Positions 9,019 to 18,990 of a DNA stretch of 64,000 bases are shown here, piece by piece. Each line of letters begins with the position of its first letter. The first letter of the stretch is position 1. Location of the stretch: assembly GCA_021741075.1 (NCBI GenBank), contig JAIOYO010000003.1:19889-83888 (forward strand), written 5' to 3'. This DNA comes from Flavobacteriales bacterium (GTDB lineage: Bacteria > Bacteroidota > Bacteroidia > UBA10329). The notes below the pieces were generated by a model. It searched no databases. It worked only from the letters and a program-made list of their open reading frames with translations, and was not told the DNA's origin. Both the position numbers and the translations under genes were made by a program.

Positions 9019-10302
9019 ATGGACACGAACATTCCTCTGGCAGAAAAGCTGCGCCCCAATACGCTTGATGAATACGTTGGGCAGGAACAACTAGTAGGCG
9101 CAGGTTCGGTTTTGCGAAACGCCATTGCATCAGGTCAACTGCCATCCATTATTCTGTGGGGACCTCCCGGCACAGGAAAAACAACCTTAGCCAATATCAT
9201 TTCGGTAACGATGGGGCGGCCATTCTACAACCTGAGCGCCATCAATTCGGGTGTAAAGGATGTGCGCGAGGTAATTGACAAGGCCAAGAATCAGGGCATG
9301 TTCAATACCAAGGGCAAGCCGATTCTGTTTATAGATGAGATTCATCGCTTTAGTAAATCGCAGCAAGATTCGTTGCTGGGCGCGGTAGAAAAAGGCATCG
9401 TCACCCTTATTGGCGCCACCACCGAAAACCCATCATTTGAAGTTATTTCAGCCTTGCTTTCGAGGTGTCAGGTGTATATCCTTAAGTCGCTAGGTAGGGA
9501 ACATCTCGAACAACTCTTAGAGAAAGGAAGGTTAGAACTGCAAAGTTCTTCGGGAAAGAAAATCAGCATTAAAGAACCAGAAGCCATGCTGCGCATTTCC
9601 GGTGGAGATGCCCGCAAACTGCTGAATAACCTCGAGTTGCTGGTTAATTCCAGTCCAAATAAGACCGTTACCATCACCAACGACATGACGATGGAGGTGT
9701 TGCAGAACTCCCTCGCGCTCTATGACAAGAACGGGGAGAATCACTATGACATCATCTCGGCATTCATCAAATCCATTCGCGGTAGCGACCCAAATGCGGC
9801 TGTTTACTGGCTGGCGCGGATGATTGCAGGAGGCGAAGAACCGAAGTTCATTTCGCGGAGGCTGCTTATTCTAGCTTCGGAAGATATTGGCGCTGCCAAC
9901 CCCACAGCCTTGGTCATTGCCAACAACTGCTTTCAGGCGGTTAATGTGATTGGCTATCCTGAGGCGGAAATCATCCTCTCGCAGACCGCTATCTATTTGG
10001 CAAATTCGCCTAAGAGCAATGCCACCTATCTTGCCATTAAAGCGGCCAAAAAACTGGTGACCGAAACGGGCGATCTTCCCGTTCCGTTTCATCTGCGTAA
10101 TGCGCCTACCAAACTGATGAAGCAGATTGGCTACGGCAAAGATTATAGTTATGCCCACGATTTTGAGAACAATTTCATTCATCAGGATTACCTGCCTGAT
10201 GAGATAAAGAACCAAGTTCTATACACGCCTCAGGCTAACCCACGCGAAGAGGCCGACCGCAAACGTCTGCGCGAACTATGGAAGAAGAAGTACGGATACT
10301 GA
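9019..10302 (+). CDS. rarA: replication-associated recombination protein A (AAA+ ATPase)
   Basis: MDTNIPLAEKLRPNTLDEYVGQ..., Walker A GPPGTGKTT, Walker B FIDEIHRF, MgsA C-terminal domain. ATG at 9019; the 8824 track start is an alternate-frame read of the KE-rich tail. Confidence 0.9.
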   Translation: MDTNIPLAEKLRPNTLDEYVGQEQLVGAGSVLRNAIASGQLPSIILWGPPGTGKTTLANIISVTMGRPFYNLSAINSGVKDVREVIDKAKNQGMFNTKGKPILFIDEIHRFSKSQQDSLLGAVEKGIVTLIGATTENPSFEVISALLSRCQVYILKSLGREHLEQLLEKGRLELQSSSGKKISIKEPEAMLRISGGDARKLLNNLELLVNSSPNKTVTITNDMTMEVLQNSLALYDKNGENHYDIISAFIKSIRGSDPNAAVYWLARMIAGGEEPKFISRRLLILASEDIGAANPTALVIANNCFQAVNVIGYPEAEIILSQTAIYLANSPKSNATYLAIKAAKKLVTETGDLPVPFHLRNAPTKLMKQIGYGKDYSYAHDFENNFIHQDYLPDEIKNQVLYTPQANPREEADRKRLRELWKKKYGY

Positions 10303-10376
10303 TAAGCCGCTATTCCCTTACCATGTTGGAATCAAGTTCGGTGTCTCTACCATTTTCCTACTTTAGGCATTCCAAA

Positions 10377-11990
10377 ATGAAACAACTCCGAATCGGTTTT
10401 TTCTCTGCTATTTTAGCCATTGCTGTGCTGAGCAGTTGCAAACAGGATCTCGGAAATGTGGGTTGGGATGTGGATGTGCTGGCGCCTGTTTTGCGCACAC
10501 GGTTAGACATGAGCAACTTGGTTGCCGATTCGCTGCTTTCGGCAGATGCCGATGGCGCCTTGCGACTACGAATTGAGACACCACTAATTGATCTTCCGCT
10601 CGATTCTATCCTAAAAATTCCTGACACTACTATTTCCAAAGTTATTGCCACCCCAAATCCTTTGAACGGGATTGAACCTGGTTTTACATTTCCGGGCGGG
10701 CTGACGGACGAAACCACTTACGATTTGGGAGATTTGGCACTGAAGAAAGTGGTTCTGCGCACGGGTAAACTCAAGCTAAAGGTGAAAAGCCTCGTGAAAA
10801 CGGAAGTTGATTTTCAGTACTACATTCCTTTAGCGCGGAAGGATGGAGGCTCGTTTGAAACTAACGGAACGGTTCCGGCTGCAGTTGGCGCAGATACCGC
10901 TTTTGCTTCTTACGAATATGATTTGTCTGGTTATGAAATTGACCTGCGGGGTTTAGCAGGAACTGGTTTCAATACACTTACCACTGTTTTTACTATTAAA
11001 ACGTCCGAAACGGGAACAACGGTTTCGGTTGCAGCGGGCCCATTTTTCATTTTAGAGTACGGCTTTGCCGATATCCTGCCCAACTACGGCACCGGTTATT
11101 TCGGACAGCAGAGCAACACAGTTGATGAAGAGGCCACCGAGATTGACATTCTCAACCGAATTACAGACGGGCAGATGATTCTCGATTCGGTGAAAATTGG
11201 CCTACGAATGACCAATGGCGCTGGCGCGGATGCCCGTTTCAGATTGAGCAGACTGCGTTCCATTAATTCACGACTCAATAGCACCATCGACCTAAGTCAT
11301 TCGCTCATTGGCTCGGACGTGCTGCTTGGTCGTGCGCAAGATCCGACTGGAAATGCAGCAGATGTGATTGCAACAGAGGCATTCTACTATTTGGACAATG
11401 GTAATTCTAACGTGAAACAATTTATTGAGAACCTGCCCGATAAATTGGGATTTCTCTTTGACTTCGACCTCAATCCATTGGGAAACGTTTCCTCAGGAAA
11501 TGACTTCTTCTATTACGACCGACCGTTTCAGGCGTTGATGGATATTGACATTCCGCTTCGGGCATCGCTTACCAATTTAACCTTGGTTGATACGATTGAA
11601 TGGAATTTGGGTGGAAATTCAGTTGTCGAATCGGTGAATAACGGCAGCTTCACGCTTATTGCTGTCAATAATTTTCCGTTAGAGGCCATGGTAGAACTCA
11701 TTTTGATGGACTCCTTATTTAACCCGCTCGATACCTTGATAGCACCTTCCACCGTTGCTGCAGCAAGTGTTAATGCGCAAAATCGGGTTACTGCTCCACG
11801 CGAAACACGACTGTACATTCCCGTTCCGCCCAAGACCAGTAATGTGTTGCCAAGGACCAAATTTGTTCGATTTCGTGTTCGATTCAACACGGTTAGTCAG
11901 CCAAATCTTATTCAGTTTTACCAAGAAAACACAATTGATTTGAAACTAATTGGCAATTTCAACATCAACTTCGGAGGGTCCACGTTTTGA
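10377..11990 (+). CDS. hypothetical lipoprotein (unknown function)
   Basis: ATG at 10377 gives lipoprotein signal MKQLRIGFFSAILAIAVLSSC. Ends in ...GGSTF. No motif recognised. Confidence 0.5.
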   Translation: MKQLRIGFFSAILAIAVLSSCKQDLGNVGWDVDVLAPVLRTRLDMSNLVADSLLSADADGALRLRIETPLIDLPLDSILKIPDTTISKVIATPNPLNGIEPGFTFPGGLTDETTYDLGDLALKKVVLRTGKLKLKVKSLVKTEVDFQYYIPLARKDGGSFETNGTVPAAVGADTAFASYEYDLSGYEIDLRGLAGTGFNTLTTVFTIKTSETGTTVSVAAGPFFILEYGFADILPNYGTGYFGQQSNTVDEEATEIDILNRITDGQMILDSVKIGLRMTNGAGADARFRLSRLRSINSRLNSTIDLSHSLIGSDVLLGRAQDPTGNAADVIATEAFYYLDNGNSNVKQFIENLPDKLGFLFDFDLNPLGNVSSGNDFFYYDRPFQALMDIDIPLRASLTNLTLVDTIEWNLGGNSVVESVNNGSFTLIAVNNFPLEAMVELILMDSLFNPLDTLIAPSTVAAASVNAQNRVTAPRETRLYIPVPPKTSNVLPRTKFVRFRVRFNTVSQPNLIQFYQENTIDLKLIGNFNINFGGSTF

Positions 11991-13228
11991 GAAGAGCCGC
12001 ACTCCTACTCCTTCTGGTCATCATTTCCACTGTGGCTTCGGCCCAGTTCAGCCATCCAATCTATGCCGATTGGACGGGCGGCTATTCTGTAGGTATCTAC
12101 GGTCGCTACCAGCTTTCGACCAACGGCATCGGCACCGACCTGCAATTCAGCGCCTATCAAGGTAAACTCCTTTCCCGTAAACAGCGCGAAAATGCGAGCA
12201 AGCGGATGGGAAAGGTGAATCGTGTGGGGATTGACCTCGATTACGGCATTTTTGCCAAGCATCTTCCCGATAGTGCGAAGGGTGTGGGCTGGTTTGTGAA
12301 TGTTGCTTCGCGCACGCATGGTCACGGCAAATTCACCAAAGACCTGTTTGACCTGGCCATGTTTGGCAATGCCATGTTTGCTGGCAAAACGGCCGACCTA
12401 TCGAACATCGAAGTGGCCTTTTTTACCTACAAACAATACGAGGCAGGCATTCTGAAACAAATCAAAAAGACCAACGGCACTTGGAATCTTGGTCTTGGCC
12501 TTTCCCTACTTGCGGGCAATCAGAACCTGCAGCTTTCCATCGAGCAGGCATCGCTTTATACGGATGCGGATGGAGAATATCTGGACGGCAATTTTACGGG
12601 CGATATCCGTTCCGCGTCCATCTCCACCGGACAGTATTTTGATGCGAACGGCCTCGGTTTCAGCGCCTCGCTGAATGTGGGCTATGAAGGCAAGAAGTTC
12701 GGCCTGAGCTTTCAGGCAAGCGACCTTGGGGTCATCTCATGGTCGAAGCATTTGAAGCACACCGAACTCGATACCGCCTTCCGTTTTGAAGGTGTAGAGA
12801 TGGACCTTTTCGCCTCTGGCGGCAACATGTTCTCTGGCATCGACCTCGACAGCATCGTGGATGGGTTTGCCACTCCCATGGAAGGGACGAAATACAGCAC
12901 CACCCTACCGGGAAGCATCAAATTGGAAGGTTTCTACAAGTTGAACGAAAAGGACCTACGCATCTATGCAGGTGTTCAGCACCGCTTTGCTCCTGCTTAT
13001 TTCCCCTACATATTTGTGGGAACAAGTTCGCCATTACCTAAAGGATTCTTCATTGACGGTCGCTTCACCTATGGCGGTTTCGGAAGTTGGAATCTGGGAC
13101 TAGAACTACGAAAGCGCTTCGGAAATGTACTTGAGGTTCGCCTCGGCACAAACAACCTCGAAGGCTACGTGCTACCGATGGTCGGCACTTCGCAGAGTGG
13201 GTATGTTAGTATTGCGGGGTTCTTCTGA
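11987..13228 (+). CDS. hypothetical outer-membrane beta-barrel-like protein
   Basis: TTG start overlapping the upstream stop (TTGA). Signal peptide ...VASAQ. Gly/aromatic-rich alternating strands; C-terminal ...SIAGFF (terminal Phe as in the OMP beta-signal). Confidence 0.5.
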   Translation: MRRAALLLLLVIISTVASAQFSHPIYADWTGGYSVGIYGRYQLSTNGIGTDLQFSAYQGKLLSRKQRENASKRMGKVNRVGIDLDYGIFAKHLPDSAKGVGWFVNVASRTHGHGKFTKDLFDLAMFGNAMFAGKTADLSNIEVAFFTYKQYEAGILKQIKKTNGTWNLGLGLSLLAGNQNLQLSIEQASLYTDADGEYLDGNFTGDIRSASISTGQYFDANGLGFSASLNVGYEGKKFGLSFQASDLGVISWSKHLKHTELDTAFRFEGVEMDLFASGGNMFSGIDLDSIVDGFATPMEGTKYSTTLPGSIKLEGFYKLNEKDLRIYAGVQHRFAPAYFPYIFVGTSSPLPKGFFIDGRFTYGGFGSWNLGLELRKRFGNVLEVRLGTNNLEGYVLPMVGTSQSGYVSIAGFF

Positions 13229-13265
13229 GTTTGGTTTGTTCGGGGGAATAATATCCTCCTGCTCA

Positions 13266-13285
13266 AGTAGATTAATCAATCTACT
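13266..13285. terminator. hairpin between convergent genes (weak terminator candidate)
   Basis: AGTAGATT-aatc-AATCTACT, perfect 8-bp stem. No strong T-run on either side. Confidence 0.3.
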
Positions 13286-13309
13286 GATTGAAGCAATTCG
13301 AACACGTGC

Positions 13310-14278
13310 TTACTTCCAGACCCAACCTTTCGGTGGAATTAGGCTACAATAAATAGGATTTACTTCGAATATTTCACCCACCTGCCTTTCTGGCTTTCGA
13401 TTTCTTTCCTGATGGATTTTTATGATTTGAATTAGGAGATCGGAGTCTTTCCGTTCAAGTACCACAGCAATAGCTCTAACGCTAGAACCGAACTTCTGCA
13501 AAAAACCTTGTTTCTCAGCATAAACTGAGACCACTATGGTATCTCCTACTGAAAAATATTCACTGAGTGGTTTAGCCGTCTCCTGAATCCGTGGCATTTC
13601 TTCCTTTAACGGATTTATATACGTTGTATCAATAGGTAATCTCCAATATTGATATTTATCCCAATGCTCTGTGCCTACTTCAAGTTTGTAACCGTTATAA
13701 CGGATGGGCTTAAGGGTATCACTGTATTCCCTGATACTTAACAGGACCTGATCCCCGTCACGCTCAATAATTTCAGCCGTGACCCGTGGAGATGAAGAAA
13801 CTTCACCGAAGAACCAAGTCAATCTGTTAAAGTCGTGATAAACCAATTGCCCAACTTTGTACTGATTCGATTGGTTATTGTAGGCCTGTTGCATGAATTG
13901 ACTAAAGCGCTCAGACTCCGCTGTCTGGCCCTCAATATCAATTGGTTTGTGATTCAGTCTTCGATGGTACGAAGTCAATATCATGCCTGACATGTTATCA
14001 GGATGGTGAACACCCAAACTTTCAAAGTGTTGTTTTAATGAACTGTTTCCCCAAAGACCCCAATTGTTGCGGATATAGGTGCCAAGACCATGATGTAATC
14101 TTCCAGTTGCTTCGTCTTCCGGAAAAACCATAAAGGTGTACTTAGACGTATCGTCAAACATATCGTCCAAATACACAAATGCCTCCTCAAGCGTGGTAGG
14201 CTTATAAAGGTCATTGACCGCTTGGCCGTGTACTTGAGTAGAAATAGACATAACCAATAAGAACAATACGGTTCTCAT
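13310..14278 (-). CDS. hypothetical secreted protein
   Basis: Signal peptide MRTVLFLLVMSISTQVHGQ. No catalytic motif recognised. Confidence 0.5.
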   Translation of the reverse strand: MRTVLFLLVMSISTQVHGQAVNDLYKPTTLEEAFVYLDDMFDDTSKYTFMVFPEDEATGRLHHGLGTYIRNNWGLWGNSSLKQHFESLGVHHPDNMSGMILTSYHRRLNHKPIDIEGQTAESERFSQFMQQAYNNQSNQYKVGQLVYHDFNRLTWFFGEVSSSPRVTAEIIERDGDQVLLSIREYSDTLKPIRYNGYKLEVGTEHWDKYQYWRLPIDTTYINPLKEEMPRIQETAKPLSEYFSVGDTIVVSVYAEKQGFLQKFGSSVRAIAVVLERKDSDLLIQIIKIHQERNRKPERQVGEIFEVNPIYCSLIPPKGWVWK

Positions 14279-14293
14279 TTCAACGAAACTTAG

Positions 14294-15769
14294 CTATCTG
14301 ATCCGCACCACCTTCCCCGTTGCAAGTACACTTTTCCCACTCACCATCTGATAGAAATACACGCCTTCCACCACGTTGAGGCCATCCAAGCGTGTGGCAT
14401 CGCGCTGAATGGTTGAAGTATAGACCACCTGTCCCACATTATTGAAGAGGCGGAACTCGATCGGAGCACTCAGCTTTGGAACAAGCTCAAGATAGTTGCG
14501 GATGTAAAGCGTTGGAACCACAGTTCCGAAAGGATTCGGCCCCACCGCCACTTCAAAGGAAGTTCCATCCAACTCAATCTCGTCAATGCCGAGCTCTGGA
14601 CCGAGGGTTTCGCCAATGCTGTTCACCTTCAGGAGATAGACATCATCAAAACGGTCGAGGAATCCACCCGTTACACCCACCGCCACATAACCATTATCTG
14701 AGGTCTGCTTGATATCGAAGAGGCGGTCATTCTCTGCGGTTCCGTGCGTAACGCCCATACCGTTGTAACTGAAATTGGTCCCAGTCTCGATAACACGCAT
14801 TACACGCACATCCTCCTTTCCAAAACCGCTGTCCTCCACATATCCGGCCACAACCACGCTTCCTTGATTATCGATGAATACGTCTAGCCAATATTCATCC
14901 GTACTTCCATCCTCAATTCGGGTGTAGAGTTCCACTCCATTCTCATCCGCCTTCCGTATCATGAAATCCCCTTCATCTGGCGAATTGCTGAAGCTGCCTC
15001 CCACGGTGATCACGCCACCATCGTTGCTCGTACACGAACCGTAGGCGTATTCATCTTCAATGCCACCATAGGCGCGTGTCCAAAGAGTATCGCCAAGGGC
15101 ATCGGTCTTTACTATATATACATCCTTCTTCCCAGCACCGAAACTTTCGGTGTAGCCGGTGAGGTAAAAGCCTCCCTCGTTCGTAATAGAGAAGGACTCT
15201 CCGCTCTCCAGACCAGTTCCTCCGTAGGTTTTGGTCCAAAGCGTGTCTCCTTCCGAATCGAGACGCAGCAACCAGAAATCGCCACCACCCGCGCCATAGC
15301 TGTAGGTCTGTCCGAAAAGCGCATAGCCGCCATCGGCCATCGGCAATACTTGATGCGCGAGATCCCAATTCGTGCCACCATAATGGCGTGTCCAAATAGT
15401 ATCTCCATCAATGCTTAGTTTGAGGAGATAGGCTTGATAGGCTAATCCTGTTCGTTCGGAAAGTCCTGCAACAACGATGTTTCCATCAGGGCCAATCGCC
15501 ATCGATTCGGCCTGTTCGGCATATTCATCTCCATAAAACTTGCGCCATTCCTCATACCCGTTGAGGTCGGTTCTAATGAGCATGATTTGTCCGCTTGTCT
15601 GTTCAAAGCTTCCTGTTGCACCGGCAATCAGGTAGCCATTGTCAGGCATCTGAATCACCTGCTTTCCTACGTCATAGGAATCGCCACCATAAACCCGTTG
15701 GAACATCTCCTGTGCAGAAACCTGCACGGATAAAAACAGCGAAGCGGAAAGGAAAAGGAGCGTTCTCAT
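14294..15769 (-). CDS. secreted beta-propeller-repeat protein with T9SS C-terminal sorting domain
   Basis: Signal peptide. At least six roughly 50-aa repeats (YGG...DGG....G.T.S.G.G..D..L.K.D..GDT.W). C-terminus ...GVYFYQMVSGKSVLATGKVVRIR is typical of the T9SS CTD. Confidence 0.7.
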   Translation of the reverse strand: MRTLLFLSASLFLSVQVSAQEMFQRVYGGDSYDVGKQVIQMPDNGYLIAGATGSFEQTSGQIMLIRTDLNGYEEWRKFYGDEYAEQAESMAIGPDGNIVVAGLSERTGLAYQAYLLKLSIDGDTIWTRHYGGTNWDLAHQVLPMADGGYALFGQTYSYGAGGGDFWLLRLDSEGDTLWTKTYGGTGLESGESFSITNEGGFYLTGYTESFGAGKKDVYIVKTDALGDTLWTRAYGGIEDEYAYGSCTSNDGGVITVGGSFSNSPDEGDFMIRKADENGVELYTRIEDGSTDEYWLDVFIDNQGSVVVAGYVEDSGFGKEDVRVMRVIETGTNFSYNGMGVTHGTAENDRLFDIKQTSDNGYVAVGVTGGFLDRFDDVYLLKVNSIGETLGPELGIDEIELDGTSFEVAVGPNPFGTVVPTLYIRNYLELVPKLSAPIEFRLFNNVGQVVYTSTIQRDATRLDGLNVVEGVYFYQMVSGKSVLATGKVVRIR

Positions 15770-15860
15770 GCAAGCAAAGAAACCGATTATTTCCTTGGCC
15801 TGAAAGCTGCTGGAAATGTCGAAAACTCAATACTATTGGCTCTTGACATTACATGAATTT

Positions 15861-15943
15861 GCCACAGAAGCACAGAAGACACAGAGGTTTTCACTGAAAA
15901 ATCATTTTTTCTGTATATTCAGCGTGTTCTGTGCTTCTGTGGC
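15861..15943. repeat. palindromic intergenic repeat element (GCCACAGA-type)
   Basis: Perfect 17-bp terminal inverted repeat: GCCACAGAAGCACAGAA (15861-15877) and TTCTGTGCTTCTGTGGC (15927-15943). A second family member lies at 26858-26935. Confidence 0.75.
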
Positions 15944-15977
15944 TAAAAAACAAGTTTACTTGTCTTAATAAATATTG

Positions 15978-17072
15978 TCAGTTAAGCCAGAACGAATGGA
16001 TGATGCTGCCCTTCGTGTGGCCGAACACGTGGCAATTGATGTGGCCGTCATCCATCACATCTAACCGCATGAAGCCGTAATTCTGGTCGTCCATGTAGGT
16101 AGCGCCATATTTATCTCCCGAAAGGGATGAGCGCTTACTGCCTGCACCGCTGATCAGATAATGGTTGTCGTCCTTCTTCAGATACTGAAGATTGTGGTCA
16201 TGTCCAGAGACATACACTAGGTCTTTATACTTGTTCAGCACCTTAAGGATCTTATTGCGAATGCGCTTGTAGCGGGGTTGCGGAATATCCTGAACCATGG
16301 CACGGTTAAGCCCCATAAGTCCGAACAGTTGAAAAGGCGGAACCCAGTTGAGAATGAAGCGCGCTGGTTGCTTGGCTGCCCCGTGATGCCCATTGCTGAA
16401 CATGGGATGGTGCGCTGCAATCAAGGTCAGTTTCCCTTCAGAAACGGATTGGGCAATTAGCGTGTCCAAACGTTCCAAGAAACGCTTCTCCATTCTGCGT
16501 TTATTGAGGCCATATTCGGTCGGCACCTTATGAAAGAACTGATCCTGCAACCACCATTGTATGTCAATGGCAATGATATCATATCCGTGTTCCTCAACCT
16601 TTTCAATCAAAGGTCCGGGAAGTCCATCCTTCGGCATGAAAACATGCCCCGAATCGTTCTTGATGGTTCTGGTCTGTGCGTAGTATGATTCTACAAACTC
16701 GGCCTCTTTTTGCACCAGCCAGTGTCCTTGCCAGCGTCCGGCCTTCCAATCGTGATTTCCGGGAACCCAAAACACATGTCCGGTGAAATCGCGTGTGCGC
16801 TCCAACTGCGAAAGCAGTTTCATTTCAGAAAGATGCTTCGTCTTGTTGCCTTCCTTACCTTCCAATCCTGCGGGATAAATGTTGTCTCCCAAAAAGATGA
16901 CAGAACTGTTCTGATGTTGGAGAAGTTCTTCCTCTAGCATAAGAAGCGCGGGGCCTGGGAGCGTGTCTTTCCCTGCATCTCCTATCAGGTAGATGGAATG
17001 CTTGACATTTTGCCCCACAAGGATGTTGGTGCACTGAAAAAAGACAAATAGGAAAACAGAAAACTTACTCAC
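15978..17072 (-). CDS. calcineurin-like metallophosphoesterase
   Basis: Motifs IGDAG, GDNIY, GNHDW, HHP, GHDH. The GTG at 17072 gives a signal-like N-terminus (SKFSVFLFVFFQ...) and an 8-nt overlap with the upstream gene. The start is uncertain. Confidence 0.7.
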   Translation of the reverse strand: MSKFSVFLFVFFQCTNILVGQNVKHSIYLIGDAGKDTLPGPALLMLEEELLQHQNSSVIFLGDNIYPAGLEGKEGNKTKHLSEMKLLSQLERTRDFTGHVFWVPGNHDWKAGRWQGHWLVQKEAEFVESYYAQTRTIKNDSGHVFMPKDGLPGPLIEKVEEHGYDIIAIDIQWWLQDQFFHKVPTEYGLNKRRMEKRFLERLDTLIAQSVSEGKLTLIAAHHPMFSNGHHGAAKQPARFILNWVPPFQLFGLMGLNRAMVQDIPQPRYKRIRNKILKVLNKYKDLVYVSGHDHNLQYLKKDDNHYLISGAGSKRSSLSGDKYGATYMDDQNYGFMRLDVMDDGHINCHVFGHTKGSIIHSFWLN

Positions 17073-18990
17073 CCGCCAATACCTTGAATTCTGTTCTACG
17101 GTTTTTAGCCCTTCCCTCTGGCGTATCATTGGTATCGATGGGCTGCTCTTCCGCATACCCTTTATATTCAATACGAGCCTCCACGATCTCATGTGCAACC
17201 AAATACTCCTTCACGGCCTTGGCTCGGTTCTCAGAAAGCAGTTGATTGTCCTCGTGCTTGCCAACGTTGTCGGTGTGTCCTCCGATCTCAATCCTGATTT
17301 TCGGGTTATTATTCATGAAAGCAACCAACTTATTCAACTCAACTCTCGATTCAGGTAAAAGTTCGAACGAAGCTGTTTCAAAGAAAATGTTCTTCAAAAC
17401 CACTTTCTCGCCAAACTTAATTGGCTGCAATTGCACATCCATTCGGTACGGTTTTGTCATGTCTTGTTCTTTCGGAAGCGAAAAGTGTTCTGAATAAAAC
17501 AAGTATTTATCCTTAGAAACGTTAAGCGCATATTCGTGATCTATCGGAAGTGTAACGAGAAAACTTCCATCAATTTCATCGGAATTTGATTCAACCACAA
17601 TCTTGGATGTTTCCAAATCAACCAACTCAAATCGTGCTCCTAAAGGTTGACCAGTGACTTTGTCTGTCACGCGTCCTTTAACATAAGTTACACGCGTAGG
17701 GCGTACTGCTTCATGCAAAAAGAAGGAATAGATGTCAAGCTTACCCAAACCACCTTGTCTATCAGAACTGAAGTAGGCTTTTTCGCCACTTGCAGCCACG
17801 AAAAGTCCTTGCTCGTCATTCCATGTATTAATCGGATAACCCAAATTCTCAGGAGTTGACCAAATTCCATCGTCACCCAATCGGGTAACATAGATGTCTT
17901 TTTCGCCCATTCCAACATGTCCGTTAGAAGTAAAGTAAAGCGTTCTTCCATCGGGATGAATGAAAGGTGTTTCTTCAGAGAATGGTGTATTGATTACATC
18001 GCCAAGGTTTCTTGGAACAGTCCATTCGTTATTTGGCGCAAGCTGAGTCACCCAAATATCCATTCCGCCAAAACCTCCAGCTCGGTTACTCACGAAATAG
18101 AGCGTTTTGCCATCGGCAGAAATACTTGGTTGACTTTCCCATTTTGAGCTATTGACGGGCGAACCAAGATTTTCAGGTCTTTCCCATTTCTTACCATTTC
18201 GCAGAGAACGATAAATGTCGCAACTGCCCATTCCTGTTTTGCGATTGCACCCAATAAAGAACAGCTGCTGTCCATCAGCCGTAATGGTCTGAGCTCCTTC
18301 GTTATCATCTGTATTGATAGGCTCGCCAAAATTTCTGGCGAGATTCCAGCCTTCTTCTGTTGCAGAACTCACATAAAAATCTTCTTGATAATCACCTCGT
18401 TGAGAACGTTTGTTCCGCGTGAATACTAGTGTTTGTTCATCCGCGGTAAGCACCGGAAAGTATTCATAATCAGGAGTATTCACAGCTTCACCCAAATTCT
18501 TAGGGTCAAACGGAACAGGTTTCTTTTTCATCTCCGCCCCAAATTCCGCGTTCTTCATATAGTGCTCGGCAATTTCCCTAATCTGCGGGTTCACCCGTTT
18601 CTTAGTCATGAAAATCTTGTAATTACCTAAAGCAGACTCATAATCGCCAGTCTTAAACTGCACATCGGCCAACTGCTTGTAAGAGGTTGACAGAAAATCA
18701 GGCGCAAGTTCCACCACCTTCTGATACGACTTGATGGCATTCTGGAAATCGCCCAAATCTGCATAGCAATCACCCGAAACAGTGTGCGCCTCCACAAAAT
18801 TCTCATCGGCTTTAATCGCCTTCTGAAGAATCTCTAATGCTTCTGCATTTCGCTTGGCACTGTAATACTGAAGCGCTTCCTCAAAGTACTTGATTGCCTT
18901 TTTCGAACTGGTGGAATATTCTCGTTGGGCTATACTTTCTGAAGAGAAAATACATCCGATAGCAATCAATATGATGATAAGATATCTCAC
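17065..18990 (-). CDS. OmpA-family protein (N-terminal TPR, TolB-like PD40 repeats, C-terminal OmpA peptidoglycan-binding domain)
   Basis: Signal peptide; TPR units; repeated S..S.DG..LYF.S.R..G.G..DIW; C-terminal GHTDNVG...N..LS..RA..V..YL and NRRTEF. Confidence 0.85.
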   Translation of the reverse strand: MRYLIIILIAIGCIFSSESIAQREYSTSSKKAIKYFEEALQYYSAKRNAEALEILQKAIKADENFVEAHTVSGDCYADLGDFQNAIKSYQKVVELAPDFLSTSYKQLADVQFKTGDYESALGNYKIFMTKKRVNPQIREIAEHYMKNAEFGAEMKKKPVPFDPKNLGEAVNTPDYEYFPVLTADEQTLVFTRNKRSQRGDYQEDFYVSSATEEGWNLARNFGEPINTDDNEGAQTITADGQQLFFIGCNRKTGMGSCDIYRSLRNGKKWERPENLGSPVNSSKWESQPSISADGKTLYFVSNRAGGFGGMDIWVTQLAPNNEWTVPRNLGDVINTPFSEETPFIHPDGRTLYFTSNGHVGMGEKDIYVTRLGDDGIWSTPENLGYPINTWNDEQGLFVAASGEKAYFSSDRQGGLGKLDIYSFFLHEAVRPTRVTYVKGRVTDKVTGQPLGARFELVDLETSKIVVESNSDEIDGSFLVTLPIDHEYALNVSKDKYLFYSEHFSLPKEQDMTKPYRMDVQLQPIKFGEKVVLKNIFFETASFELLPESRVELNKLVAFMNNNPKIRIEIGGHTDNVGKHEDNQLLSENRAKAVKEYLVAHEIVEARIEYKGYAEEQPIDTNDTPEGRAKNRRTEFKVLAGE

